IMG/VR virus record: IMGVR_UViG_3300045988_111434
Span: 1-15,563 of that record
Reading direction: 5' to 3' (one strand)
Origin: a virus
DNA: 15,563 bases
A program made the translations under genes and the position numbers. The notes beneath the pieces were generated by a model, which saw only the letters and a list, made by a program, of their open reading frames with translations, was not told the origin of the DNA and did no database searches. This document shows, in pieces, positions 1 to 8,241 of this stretch. How positions within the stretch are numbered: position 1 is the stretch's first letter; every line of letters begins with the position of its first letter.

Positions 1-301
1 AAAGTTACATAGTCCGTACAGGACGGACACTGTTTTCCCCAAAAATACAAACACTTGTTCGATTTTCAGATATTAAATTCGCTACGGAAAACTTGATAGA
101 ACATAAGATGTCAATAGTAATATTGCACAAACATACACCAAAATTTTATGCACTTTTACCATTGATTTTATTAGAATCAGACAATAGAACAATTTATCAT
201 AATTGTATATACAATTCAAACAAAAAGTGTCCGTCCACCGCGGACACAACCTGTCTTTGGTGGGCGAACACTATCGAACACTTGTTTGGTGTGGATAACT
301 A
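1..301. repeat. Left inverted terminal repeat (ITR), 301 bp, perfect reverse complement of 15263..15563
   Basis: I compared bases 1-92 with the reverse complement of the right end by eye. The identical 69-aa ORF translations at 93.. and ..15471 confirm identity through base 299. Identity breaks at 302/15262. The terminus is 5'-AAAGTTACAT; phi29's 6-bp ITR is AAAGTA. Confidence 0.95.
201..216. promoter_or_regulatory. Perfect 16-bp palindrome AATTGTATATACAATT inside the ITR (second copy at 15348..15363); possible protein-binding site
   Basis: Read directly: AATTGTAT|ATACAATT is self-complementary and is present in both ITR copies. Confidence 0.3.
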
Positions 302-409
302 CAAATTACGGTTTAATACCAATTAAGACTGTAAATGATATTGGAATAGCTTTGTTAATATCTGTCGTATCATCCATGCCTGTCCTAATTTGAAAACAAG
401 TATTGCCCC

Positions 410-982
410 CTATATTATATTACGCTCGATTATAAATGTTGTAGCAAAGTATACAAATTTATCATCCGGTCTTATATTTGTTCTAATTTCAAATAAAGTT
501 TGGTTAGCCCTTGCAGCAACATTACATTTTTTAGAATTGTCTATACTTGAATTAACATTAGAAATTAAAGTGCCTTGGATATTAGAGTTATACTGTCTAG
601 ATGTAGTAGTCAATGTTTTTAAGCCGATCTCTGCAAGTGATATATTTACAGTGCCTTTGAACTCTCCGCGTATGCTAATTACGCTTATATAGTTCCCAAC
701 ACCGTATGCACACGAATGTACATTTCTTCTCGCTCCTATAGCTGTATTTGCATCGTTTAGAATTCTAGTAGCCGATCCCATTTGCGCTATATATTCACTA
801 ATCCGGTTACTAATTGCAATATCAGTGTTTTCCCTGTCTGTTTCTTCTTTTTTCAGCGCCGCGTCAATCTGCACAAGTGCATTACTTAACGGCTCTAAGC
901 CCGTGCTTTTAGGGCTAGTGAATCCATAATTTTTTGTATCGAAAACAATGTTTTCATCTGGGTGATAGTCTTTTTTATACAT
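410..982 (-). CDS. Hypothetical protein, probably a tail or receptor-binding accessory protein (last gene of the tail module)
   Basis: 190-aa ORF with ATG at 982. It is preceded by GAAAGGAGTAAGAA, the same translation-initiation sequence as the upstream tail-fibre gene. TAG stop. No recognisable catalytic motif. Confidence 0.55.
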   Translation of the reverse strand: MYKKDYHPDENIVFDTKNYGFTSPKSTGLEPLSNALVQIDAALKKEETDRENTDIAISNRISEYIAQMGSATRILNDANTAIGARRNVHSCAYGVGNYISVISIRGEFKGTVNISLAEIGLKTLTTTSRQYNSNIQGTLISNVNSSIDNSKKCNVAARANQTLFEIRTNIRPDDKFVYFATTFIIERNII

Positions 983-996
983 TTCTTACTCCTTTC

Positions 997-2079
997 TTAC
1001 TGCACATTATTTTTATACCAATCTGGCGTAGTAGTGCCTAACTGCGTTTTACCCCCCTCGTAGATATAAAATAGGCACGTGTCTCCACTATCTACAGTAG
1101 CCCATGACGGCACTAAAATTTCGTATTCTGTGCTTGTGTTTGGTTTTTTTGGAAAGTTAATCACAGCGGGGTAATATATATTTTTGGTATTATTGTACAC
1201 ACTTGCTCCGCCAAACGCTGGATTGCTTAAAAGATTTACAAGATAGGTAAAATTAGGGTCATCAATATCCACATTTTCTGTCACAAATCGACCTATACGT
1301 TTTGAACCTGTGACTTGTTCCGGTGCGGCATTAAATGTTGCCGAGATAATAGCGCTAATAAAGCGTATAGTAACCTCTGGATAGACAAGGTCATACCAGT
1401 CCATAGCCCCATAGTTATTGTCGCTATGTTCACTTCCCGCGGCATGAACATTAACGTGTCCGTGTTTTTTGATAGGCATCACGTCAACGCTAACATTAAC
1501 GTTTGTTACGTCTCCCTGTATATTAGAAATAGTATTGTTAATTTCCTGTTTATATGTGTTCCATTCATTTTCTATTCGTGTAAGAAAATTTTGTACTTCT
1601 TCGATTAACTGATTAATTCTGTTTATATAATTATTAAATTGTTCATCCCAGTTGTCGATTTTTTGCGACCATTCGTACCACGTGTTTACCCAGTTGCTCC
1701 ATTGTGTTTTCCAACTATTAAAAGTTGATTTCCAACTATTAAAAGTTGATTCCCAACTATTAAAAGTTGATTCCCAATTATTAAAAGTTGATTCCCAACT
1801 GTTCCACGTGTCTACCATGCTATTCCATTCGCTGATAATCTGGTTTAGAAGATTTGTTGCGTCCTCAATAAATTTCTTCTGCGCGTCCGTCAGTTCGTTT
1901 ACCTGTTTAATAAGCTGATTAAGCATAGCGGCAATGCGGCATAATACCTCATAGTACGATAGCGCGTCATCATAAACAAGCGGTTGTGTCTTTTGTAACC
2001 AAAACGCAAAGTCCGGAAAATGTACGTCATAAAGTCCAGAATTTACGTTAGGGTTAAATGGGTCAATTTTGTGTGCCAT
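997..2079 (-). CDS. Tail fibre / appendage-like receptor-binding protein with a Trp-rich heptad-repeat stalk
   Basis: 360-aa ORF with a strong SD (GAAAGGAG) and a TAA stop. It occupies the phi29 gp12 position, after the lower collar. The N-terminal motif PLVYDDALSYYEVLCRIAAMLNQLIKQVN is typical of Firmicute phage fibre anchors. The central region is W-x-S-T-F-N-S repeats followed by a beta-rich C-terminal domain. Confidence 0.6.
   Translation of the reverse strand: MAHKIDPFNPNVNSGLYDVHFPDFAFWLQKTQPLVYDDALSYYEVLCRIAAMLNQLIKQVNELTDAQKKFIEDATNLLNQIISEWNSMVDTWNSWESTFNNWESTFNSWESTFNSWKSTFNSWKTQWSNWVNTWYEWSQKIDNWDEQFNNYINRINQLIEEVQNFLTRIENEWNTYKQEINNTISNIQGDVTNVNVSVDVMPIKKHGHVNVHAAGSEHSDNNYGAMDWYDLVYPEVTIRFISAIISATFNAAPEQVTGSKRIGRFVTENVDIDDPNFTYLVNLLSNPAFGGASVYNNTKNIYYPAVINFPKKPNTSTEYEILVPSWATVDSGDTCLFYIYEGGKTQLGTTTPDWYKNNVQ
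1711..1815. repeat. In-frame 21-bp tandem repeat (4 near-identical copies plus degenerate flanking copies) encoding (W)ESTFNS heptads
   Basis: CCAACTATTAAAAGTTGATTY occurs at 1711, 1732, 1753 and 1774. A degenerate copy is at 1795, and further degenerate copies lie upstream to about 1690. Confidence 0.9.
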
Positions 2080-2092
2080 TTCTTACTCCTTT

Positions 2093-2872
2093 CTACCTCA
2101 TCCAGTCAATAGACAGTCCTAAGTTTCCGCGGTTTCCATAAGCCGCCATATTAAAATCGTTTCCATGTTCAGAAAAATCGTCAAAAATTGACATAAACAA
2201 TTCCTCACAATCAGCAATTATCGCGTTATTGACGTTTACAATGTGCTCACGATACATAATGAGTTCGTTCATCTTACTTCCGCGCCACCCTTTTTCCGTC
2301 CTATGGCTAGTGTCTACGATTGACGTGTTACTGCTCCCTGTGTTTCGTTCGCTGACTGCGCGGCTATCTTCTCCGGTGCTTTGTCCTCTTGTCATACCAC
2401 TCGCATAGTCAGTACCGGAAAAATTAACTTGCGGGTTATCACTGTTGATACGTTGGTCATTAGTGTTACTATTGCTAGTATCACTCATGGTTCGGTCTGC
2501 TTGTGATGTGTTGTTACCGTCACTAGTGTCGGTATCGTCAAACGTCATATTTGTATTTTCTAAAATCTGTGCAACACTTAAATTGCTGTCGTACATTGCT
2601 TTGTATTTAGGCATGTTTCGTGTAAGCGTATCATTAAGCTTAAGCTTAAAAAGACCGATTGTTTCAAACCCGATTTCACACATATAAAAATGGATGATAA
2701 ACATGCGCTCAAATTTCGCTTTGCTTGTCTCATCTCCATTGTACCACGGGTACGTAAAATCAAACAGGTGTGGGCGTCCATTGGCTATTTTGTCGTAAGT
2801 AGTAGCATTTACGTCTTTCCAATCTGTAAAACTTTCGATGTACTCTCTAATTCTGGTTGTATATGTCGCCAT
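2093..2872 (-). CDS. Lower collar protein (phi29 gp11-like position)
   Basis: The ORF-track start at 2893 is a TTG. The ATG at 2872 is preceded by GGGGGTGG. It lies directly after the connector gene. The motif FERMFIIHFYMCEIGFETIGLFKLKL resembles lower-collar proteins of small podophages. TAG stop. Confidence 0.55.
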   Translation of the reverse strand: MATYTTRIREYIESFTDWKDVNATTYDKIANGRPHLFDFTYPWYNGDETSKAKFERMFIIHFYMCEIGFETIGLFKLKLNDTLTRNMPKYKAMYDSNLSVAQILENTNMTFDDTDTSDGNNTSQADRTMSDTSNSNTNDQRINSDNPQVNFSGTDYASGMTRGQSTGEDSRAVSERNTGSSNTSIVDTSHRTEKGWRGSKMNELIMYREHIVNVNNAIIADCEELFMSIFDDFSEHGNDFNMAAYGNRGNLGLSIDWMR

Positions 2873-3737
2873 TTTCGCCACCCCCATTTGCAAGATTTTC
2901 TTTTCGCTCTACACCCAATCCACTGCCGATATATCGTACCTCAACGTTAAGACCGAACAAACGGTTAATTTGCTCGCAAGCGCGTTTTCGCACGCTTAAA
3001 AATGATTGGCGATTGATTAACGTTAGGTCAGCGTCCTGTTCGACTTCGCTTGTAATTAGCCGTTCTTTTTTCGTACCGTCAATATTGCTAATACCAAACT
3101 GTACGCAAAAATCAGCAATTTCTTGTCGCATAGCTGTTGTAATATCTCCAAATACGTTTGGCGGGTTTAAATTTAGCACTTTCATGTTTTCCACATTGCT
3201 AATACCGTCTTTTACGCTAATAAATGGTACAAAATCGTTATATTGTTTAAAGAGGTTTTTTGTACTTAATCGTTGGTTTTCGCTCCCCGCTATAACTACA
3301 GGTGTCCTTTGTGCATAGATATTAAGATTTCTCGTCATTCTCATGTTAGCCAAACTTTCCGCATACATCTGTACATAATCTACGCTCGGATAGCCCACAC
3401 TGCTATCCCAGATAATGACGCTGTTATTTTTCCCCAGTGTCTTAAAATACTGCTGTGCATAAGCAAATCGCATGTTTGGCACGCCGTAAATATCTACAGT
3501 GCCGCCGAGGTTGGTTTTCATTACGGCGTATTTTTCCACTACGTCGTCCTCAAAAAAGACCGCCTGTCCCCACCAAAAAAGGTAATCTTCCAACACGCGC
3601 GGCGGGATTTCATCTGGAAGTCCTGCCCATTCAAAACGATTCACAATCATTTCGTGCAACATATTAAAATAACGTATATAATAGTTGCGATATTGTGGCG
3701 TACTGAAATATTCAGCGTCCTTTGATTGTCCTTTCAT
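2847..3737 (-). CDS. Head-tail connector / upper collar (portal) protein, phi29 gp10 family
   Basis: Blocks align with remembered phi29 gp10. [16 protein letters not shown] matches [44 protein letters not shown] matches [38 protein letters not shown] matches [25 protein letters not shown] matches ACEKINELYGLNVKV. The size, 296 aa versus 309 aa, is similar. Confidence 0.9.
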   Translation of the reverse strand: [296 protein letters not shown]

Positions 3738-3755
3738 TTTTCTACCCCCTTTCCG

Positions 3756-5441
3756 TTAATTATTTGCTAAACTATAATTACCAATGTCATTAGTGTGCCA
3801 TATTGTCACACCGCGGTCAAATATTGACCGTAAAATAACAAGGTAATCAAGGTCAATGTTACCGCTGATTGTGCAATTACGTGTTTTGACAAAATCCCAC
3901 GCCGTCCGATTATTGATAGCGGGCGTTCCGATTTCGCCAATTTTATAACCAAACATACTAAAGTAGTCATCAATTTTTCGTGCGTACTCTGCACGTATCT
4001 GCATAGGGTAGTAGCTTATGTGGTCATTACCGATAATCTTACTAGCGTTTCCGCTTGATGTCGTAACATTACCGCTCGGCTGTAGATAATGATTGACTAC
4101 GGATTTAATACCGTCTCCAATAACTTCTGACCAATCGGTACTGCTAAGTGTGGCAAGTGGACTAGACTTAAAAGCTTCACTCGCGGCATCTTTTCCGGTT
4201 GCTAAAGTATTCCCCGTAGCGCTAGCCGCCGCACCCAAAAATCCAAAGCCCGCGCCACTTAACGCTTTTCCAACTCCGCTAAATACTCCGGCAGCAGTGT
4301 CTACACCTTGAGATACTGCGTCGCCCGCACTCATTAAAGCGCTAGCGCCCGCCGTGCTTGTCATCTGTGCAATATATGCCTTGTAGGCGTCTGTCATGAT
4401 TGCGCATTTAGGATAATCCGAAAAAGTTAGCATATCTGTGTAATCTTGTGCGAATCCTTTATACTGGATTGGGTAAGATACTAATAAGGGGTTAGGTGTC
4501 ATTGCTACTGTGTAGGTAAAACTACAAGCATCACTTGAAAAGTATTCGTATTTATATTCGATACCTGTACCGTTATTATTATTTCCGTACAAAAAATTAT
4601 ACGGATAACAAAAAAGCTTTTTGTTTTTCGGAACATAACCATCTATATTGTCATATTTTTTAGGCAAATTTAATTGTTTGAACTGTGTTTCCTCTGCGAT
4701 AAAGCTTGTTGGCATCATAAACGCATTTAAAATGCCGTCAATAGTGCCGTTAGCATTAGCGGAAATCAAAAACTCGCTTACACCGTCGCCGTTGTCAAAA
4801 ACATTAAAAGTGATAGCGGTATAAATACCATCACGGAATTCGCCTCCGTTAAAATTGCCGCTCTCGTCAAACGCGCTAGGAATTACTACACTCATAATAT
4901 TTCTATCGCTCAATTCTGGCGCGTCGTAATTTTGCTCGGTTTCTTGCTTTACAATATAGTCTCCGGTTTCCAAACCCTCCGGAAACGTGTATCGCCCAAT
5001 AACGTCATCACTCTTTTTTACAATCTGTCGTTCGATATAGCATTTGTTTAGTACCATATCGAATTGACAGTTTGTCCAAACGTCCATAATAAAATGTACG
5101 CGGCACGAATTAACTGATAATGGTTCTACGCTTGTAATAAAGCCATATTCCCAATTATCCATATAGCCTACATTTTTAAATGCAATATAGTTAGCACTAT
5201 CTGCATACAGTTCGTTAACAGGCGCGGCAAAATCCGCATAGCCTCTTTTGACTGGTGCGGCATTATCAGTTCTATAAATTGCTTTGCTATCAACATAAGC
5301 AAAAAGTTCTTCGCGGCTGTTGAAAAGACGAACATGATTATAGGACGAATCCCACGGAATCCCGCGGCATATTCTAACCTGTGCTACAGGCGCTATTCCA
5401 TCTACGTTTTTTTGTGTTGGCATCGGTATCATGTTATCCAT
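3756..5441 (-). CDS. Tail knob / distal tail tube protein, phi29 gp9 family
   Basis: 561 aa versus 599 aa in phi29. The N-terminal blocks VRICRGIPWDSSYNHVRLFNS and YIAFKNVGYMDNWEYGFITSVEP...VHFIMDVWTNCQF parallel gp9's [21 protein letters not shown] and YIMFQNADYGNKWFYAFVTELEF...VHFEIDVLQTWMF. It sits between the capsid and connector genes, as in phi29. Confidence 0.8.
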   Translation of the reverse strand: MDNMIPMPTQKNVDGIAPVAQVRICRGIPWDSSYNHVRLFNSREELFAYVDSKAIYRTDNAAPVKRGYADFAAPVNELYADSANYIAFKNVGYMDNWEYGFITSVEPLSVNSCRVHFIMDVWTNCQFDMVLNKCYIERQIVKKSDDVIGRYTFPEGLETGDYIVKQETEQNYDAPELSDRNIMSVVIPSAFDESGNFNGGEFRDGIYTAITFNVFDNGDGVSEFLISANANGTIDGILNAFMMPTSFIAEETQFKQLNLPKKYDNIDGYVPKNKKLFCYPYNFLYGNNNNGTGIEYKYEYFSSDACSFTYTVAMTPNPLLVSYPIQYKGFAQDYTDMLTFSDYPKCAIMTDAYKAYIAQMTSTAGASALMSAGDAVSQGVDTAAGVFSGVGKALSGAGFGFLGAAASATGNTLATGKDAASEAFKSSPLATLSSTDWSEVIGDGIKSVVNHYLQPSGNVTTSSGNASKIIGNDHISYYPMQIRAEYARKIDDYFSMFGYKIGEIGTPAINNRTAWDFVKTRNCTISGNIDLDYLVILRSIFDRGVTIWHTNDIGNYSLANN

Positions 5442-5456
5442 GCTTTCCTCATTTCT

Positions 5457-5477
5457 AGGGGAGCATTACACTCCCCT
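5457..5477 (-). other. GC-rich stem-loop (AGGGGAG-7 nt-CTCCCCT) between the capsid and tail-knob genes; possible RNA stabiliser or partial terminator
   Basis: 7-bp perfect stem read directly. There is no U-tract downstream on the coding (minus) strand; the T-run lies upstream of it. Confidence 0.3.
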
Positions 5478-5487
5478 CAAAAATCAA

Positions 5488-5503
5488 TGTTTCACGTGAA
5501 ATA
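5488..5503. promoter_or_regulatory. parS: parS-like site, 15/16 match to the consensus (TGTTTCACGTGAAATA)
   Basis: One mismatch (C to T at 5502) relative to the three perfect copies. It lies immediately after the capsid gene's TAA stop. Confidence 0.6.
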
Positions 5504-5504
5504 T

Positions 5505-6782
5505 TTACTGATTGACTGTGACTGTGCCTGTACCGCTGATTGTGCTATTATATCTGGATGTTGCTTTGACTGTAAGCGTCGCCGCTTTTTCGTCATTTGC
5601 AATATGCAAGATATTTGAGCCAGGAATAAAGGACGTATACTGACTAGTTGCGCCATCGACGTCAAAGTCAAGCATTTGCGGCGTATACTGGCTTGTTCCG
5701 CTCGCTAACGCTGTAATTTCAACATCAGTTCCAACGTTTCCGGCTGTGTCTGTAACACTTACAGTTGTGAGTCCGACTGTATCTGTCGTGAAAACGATAC
5801 AAGGGAAAAACGGCGAATAAGAAAACATTTCAGACATAGTGTAGAAATAATTCCATGTCAGAGCCGCACCATTTCTGGAATCTGTCAGTGTCCGGAAATT
5901 CTCGCGCACATTGAAAAATCTCATATCGAACAGCGCAAGCTTGATATTAGAGTCATCGAACTTGTCGATGATAATTTTGCGAACGTTAATATCAACCTTG
6001 TCCATATTAAACGCCGTCGCAAGAACCTCAACGTCTAATTCCGCGTCTATCTCCGGTGTCGTGATGTAAAAGATAGTCTGGTCATTCGCACAACTATCTG
6101 CACCTGCAATGTTGTACTCTGGGTGCGGGAATTTCATCTGCCCGATGTACGATTTGACAAGTTTTGTCAATTTCTTTGCGTTCTCCGCGTTTGCCGTAGG
6201 GTCTGCAATATTAACTGCGTAAAGCTGGTCTGCCGCACTTGCGCTCTCAATCAAACGCTTCATGCACAAATATTCATCCCAGTTCGCCGCCGCAAAAAGC
6301 GACTGCACTTTTGCGTTAATCAAATCGCGCACGCCGTACTCCGATTTAAACGCCGTACGTAAGTTGTCAAACGTGACTGTAACTGCGTACTGGATAGCCG
6401 GTGTTATCTTATGGTAAGCCGCCATGACGCTTGACTGGTAATAAGCATATAATTCTGCTACAGTTGCAAACTGGTTAAACTGCTTACCCTTTGCCATGTT
6501 AACAAAGATTTCTTCCTCTGTTCCGCCATAACGCATAGGGTCTCTCTTAAGCACTCCCAGAGGATTCTCAAAAAAGACGGTTTCGATTCTCTGCTCCATA
6601 ATCTGTTCAACTAATGCATTAGCAAACGCGTTTCTCAACGGTACAATATTAAGCAAACTCTCGTAGATACTCGAGATATTCTCCGCTGTCGCTTTCGGAA
6701 TCCTTTCACGATATTCCAAACTCTGCATTGACCTCACAGCATTTAAAATAGCTTCGTTTGTAGCCGCTACCTTGTTATCCAT
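5505..6782 (-). CDS. Major capsid protein, phi29 gp8 family, with a C-terminal Ig-like (BIG2-type) domain
   Basis: [28 protein letters not shown] parallels gp8's [58 protein letters not shown] parallels [30 protein letters not shown]. The C-terminal region of about 90 aa is beta-rich (TVSVTD...VTVKATS...GTVTV). Strong SD (AAAGGAGAG). Confidence 0.85.
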   Translation of the reverse strand: [425 protein letters not shown]

Positions 6783-6799
6783 TTTCTTCTCTCCTTTCT

Positions 6800-7090
6800 T
6801 TACTCTGTACTACCATCAAAATCAAGCATTTCCGGCGTTACATCTTCGGTAACGCCCACATCTGCTACAGGATCTTCTATGTCCTTGCTAGGCATTTCCT
6901 GACCCGTCAGCATTTCTCCAAAACGCGCAATGTACTTTTCGCGCAAGTCCTCATAGCGCTCTTTGTACCCATCGTCAGATACGTTTGCGCCGCTTCTGAT
7001 TGACTCCGTAATTACATTGATTTCTTCGTCTAATTCTTCCGGCGCGTCGATTTTTCCTAAGATAGCTTTTAAAGCTTCTTCTGCTGTCAT
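6800..7090 (-). CDS. Putative scaffolding protein (phi29 gp7-like size and position)
   Basis: 96 aa, highly acidic and predicted helical, immediately upstream of the capsid gene. SD GAGGTAAAAGAA before the ATG. Confidence 0.55.
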   Translation of the reverse strand: MTAEEALKAILGKIDAPEELDEEINVITESIRSGANVSDDGYKERYEDLREKYIARFGEMLTGQEMPSKDIEDPVADVGVTEDVTPEMLDFDGSTE

Positions 7091-7095
7091 TTCTT

Positions 7096-8241
7096 TTACC
7101 TCACTTTCCCTAAAAATGGTTTTAGATAATATATAAAAGGCGTTTTTCTCCCGCTCGGAACGGGCGACACACCTAATATATTGATTGGAACATCTTGATA
7201 AACATTAACATCATCATTGATATAAAAACGTAAAACAATACGCGTTAATGCTGTGTTTGCAATTTTTATGTAAACGCTGTTGCCATCTTTTCGATACAAG
7301 CTAGCACCGCTAGGTACTCTAACACTCCATGCTCTATTAGCTGATACCATAAATCGTACTACAGTATTAACATTAGCCGTCTGGCTATAAGGCGTTACGC
7401 GGATAGACGGCGCCGGTGGCGCGGGTCTGTTAATACCAATCTGGCATTGCGTCTGTATACTAGCATCATCTATAAGCCAAAAGGCTATGGCTGTTGTAAT
7501 CTGCGCGGCGTTTGCATTTCCGCTGACTACAAGCGCGCCATCAGTTTTTTCTACAAGTGAGAGATACTGCCCCAAGTTGTACGTCCATTCTCCGCTCGCG
7601 TTAACGTTAATAGTAAGAGTATCCCCATCTACAATACTAGCACTGATTGGCGATATAGTCAAGCTTTTTCTTTCAATCGGCGCAGAACCATTAAAAGTAT
7701 CGTAAATATCTTGAGAGTAAGCATAACGTTTATCTTGCACTTCTTGTCCTTGTAGGGTTGGATTCTCAAAATAAAATAATACATGATTGCTTGCGGCGCG
7801 TATATCTGTTGCGTTTTGCAAAACTGACAAAGTGTCATTATATCCATGCGTTTCTAGCTCCGATTTAAGATATGCTAATGCTAAATCTATGTTTCCAATG
7901 CTGTCATAATTTCCGTTTTTCCACATATTATACAAAGCTTGCTTTCGGGAATAATACGACCATTGCGCTAATCCATATCCGGGTTTTCCCTCATAGAGTC
8001 CACCATTGACAAAAGCGTTCTCGCTTACCACTCCGCTATCAACATCTTTAGTATAATTTTTACTTGCCAAAAACTTATTAGTGCTATTGTTATCTTTTTC
8101 ACATCTATAAGGCACTATTCCACTCTCTGCAAATAAGTTACCCATCATCGCCGCTACGCCTATAGGGTTATTTATGTACGTCATTAAATTATCCCACACC
8201 GCTTTACTATATCCATAGTCTACATAATCACTCAATGCCAT
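7096..8241 (-). CDS. Putative virion-associated peptidoglycan hydrolase (phage tail lysozyme-like N-terminal domain) with two C-terminal Ig-like beta modules
   Basis: The N-terminal motifs GVAAMMGNLFAESG ... GYGLAQWSYYSRKQAL resemble the phage tail lysozyme family. The C-terminal half has two beta-rich modules separated by RPAPPAPS. Confidence 0.5.
   Translation of the reverse strand: MALSDYVDYGYSKAVWDNLMTYINNPIGVAAMMGNLFAESGIVPYRCEKDNNSTNKFLASKNYTKDVDSGVVSENAFVNGGLYEGKPGYGLAQWSYYSRKQALYNMWKNGNYDSIGNIDLALAYLKSELETHGYNDTLSVLQNATDIRAASNHVLFYFENPTLQGQEVQDKRYAYSQDIYDTFNGSAPIERKSLTISPISASIVDGDTLTINVNASGEWTYNLGQYLSLVEKTDGALVVSGNANAAQITTAIAFWLIDDASIQTQCQIGINRPAPPAPSIRVTPYSQTANVNTVVRFMVSANRAWSVRVPSGASLYRKDGNSVYIKIANTALTRIVLRFYINDDVNVYQDVPINILGVSPVPSGRKTPFIYYLKPFLGKVR

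Noticed and set aside
93-326. 77-aa ORF in the left ITR, and its 69-aa twin at 15262..15471 in the right ITR
   Set aside because: It lies entirely within AT-rich ITR sequence full of palindromes. It has no convincing SD and no recognisable motif. The left copy runs opposite to every real gene. The duplication is simply a consequence of the ITR, so it is most likely non-coding.
1800-1815. parS half-site TGTTCCACGTGTCTAC inside the tail-fibre gene
   Set aside because: Only the left half and the CACGTG core match, with 5 mismatches in the right arm. This is compatible with chance plus the coding constraint, so I did not count it as a fifth parS.
983-2098. Identical 17-nt sequence AGAAAGGAGTAAGAAATG upstream of both the 360-aa and 190-aa tail genes
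   Set aside because: It is just a shared strong SD and spacer, probably from local duplication or convergence on an optimal initiation region, and is not a separate element.
2578-3725. Antisense and alternate-frame ORFs of 60-150 aa within the collar and connector genes, with similar ones inside the capsid, knob, ATPase and polymerase genes
   Set aside because: They lie fully inside well-supported minus-strand genes, lack SD sequences and have low-complexity or biased compositions. They are typical shadow ORFs.
5457-5505. Rho-independent terminator after the capsid gene (hairpin plus parS palindrome)
   Set aside because: The GC-rich hairpin has its T-run upstream, not downstream, on the transcribed strand. 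The parS palindrome would form only a weak AT-rich stem. At most this is a partial terminator or stabiliser.
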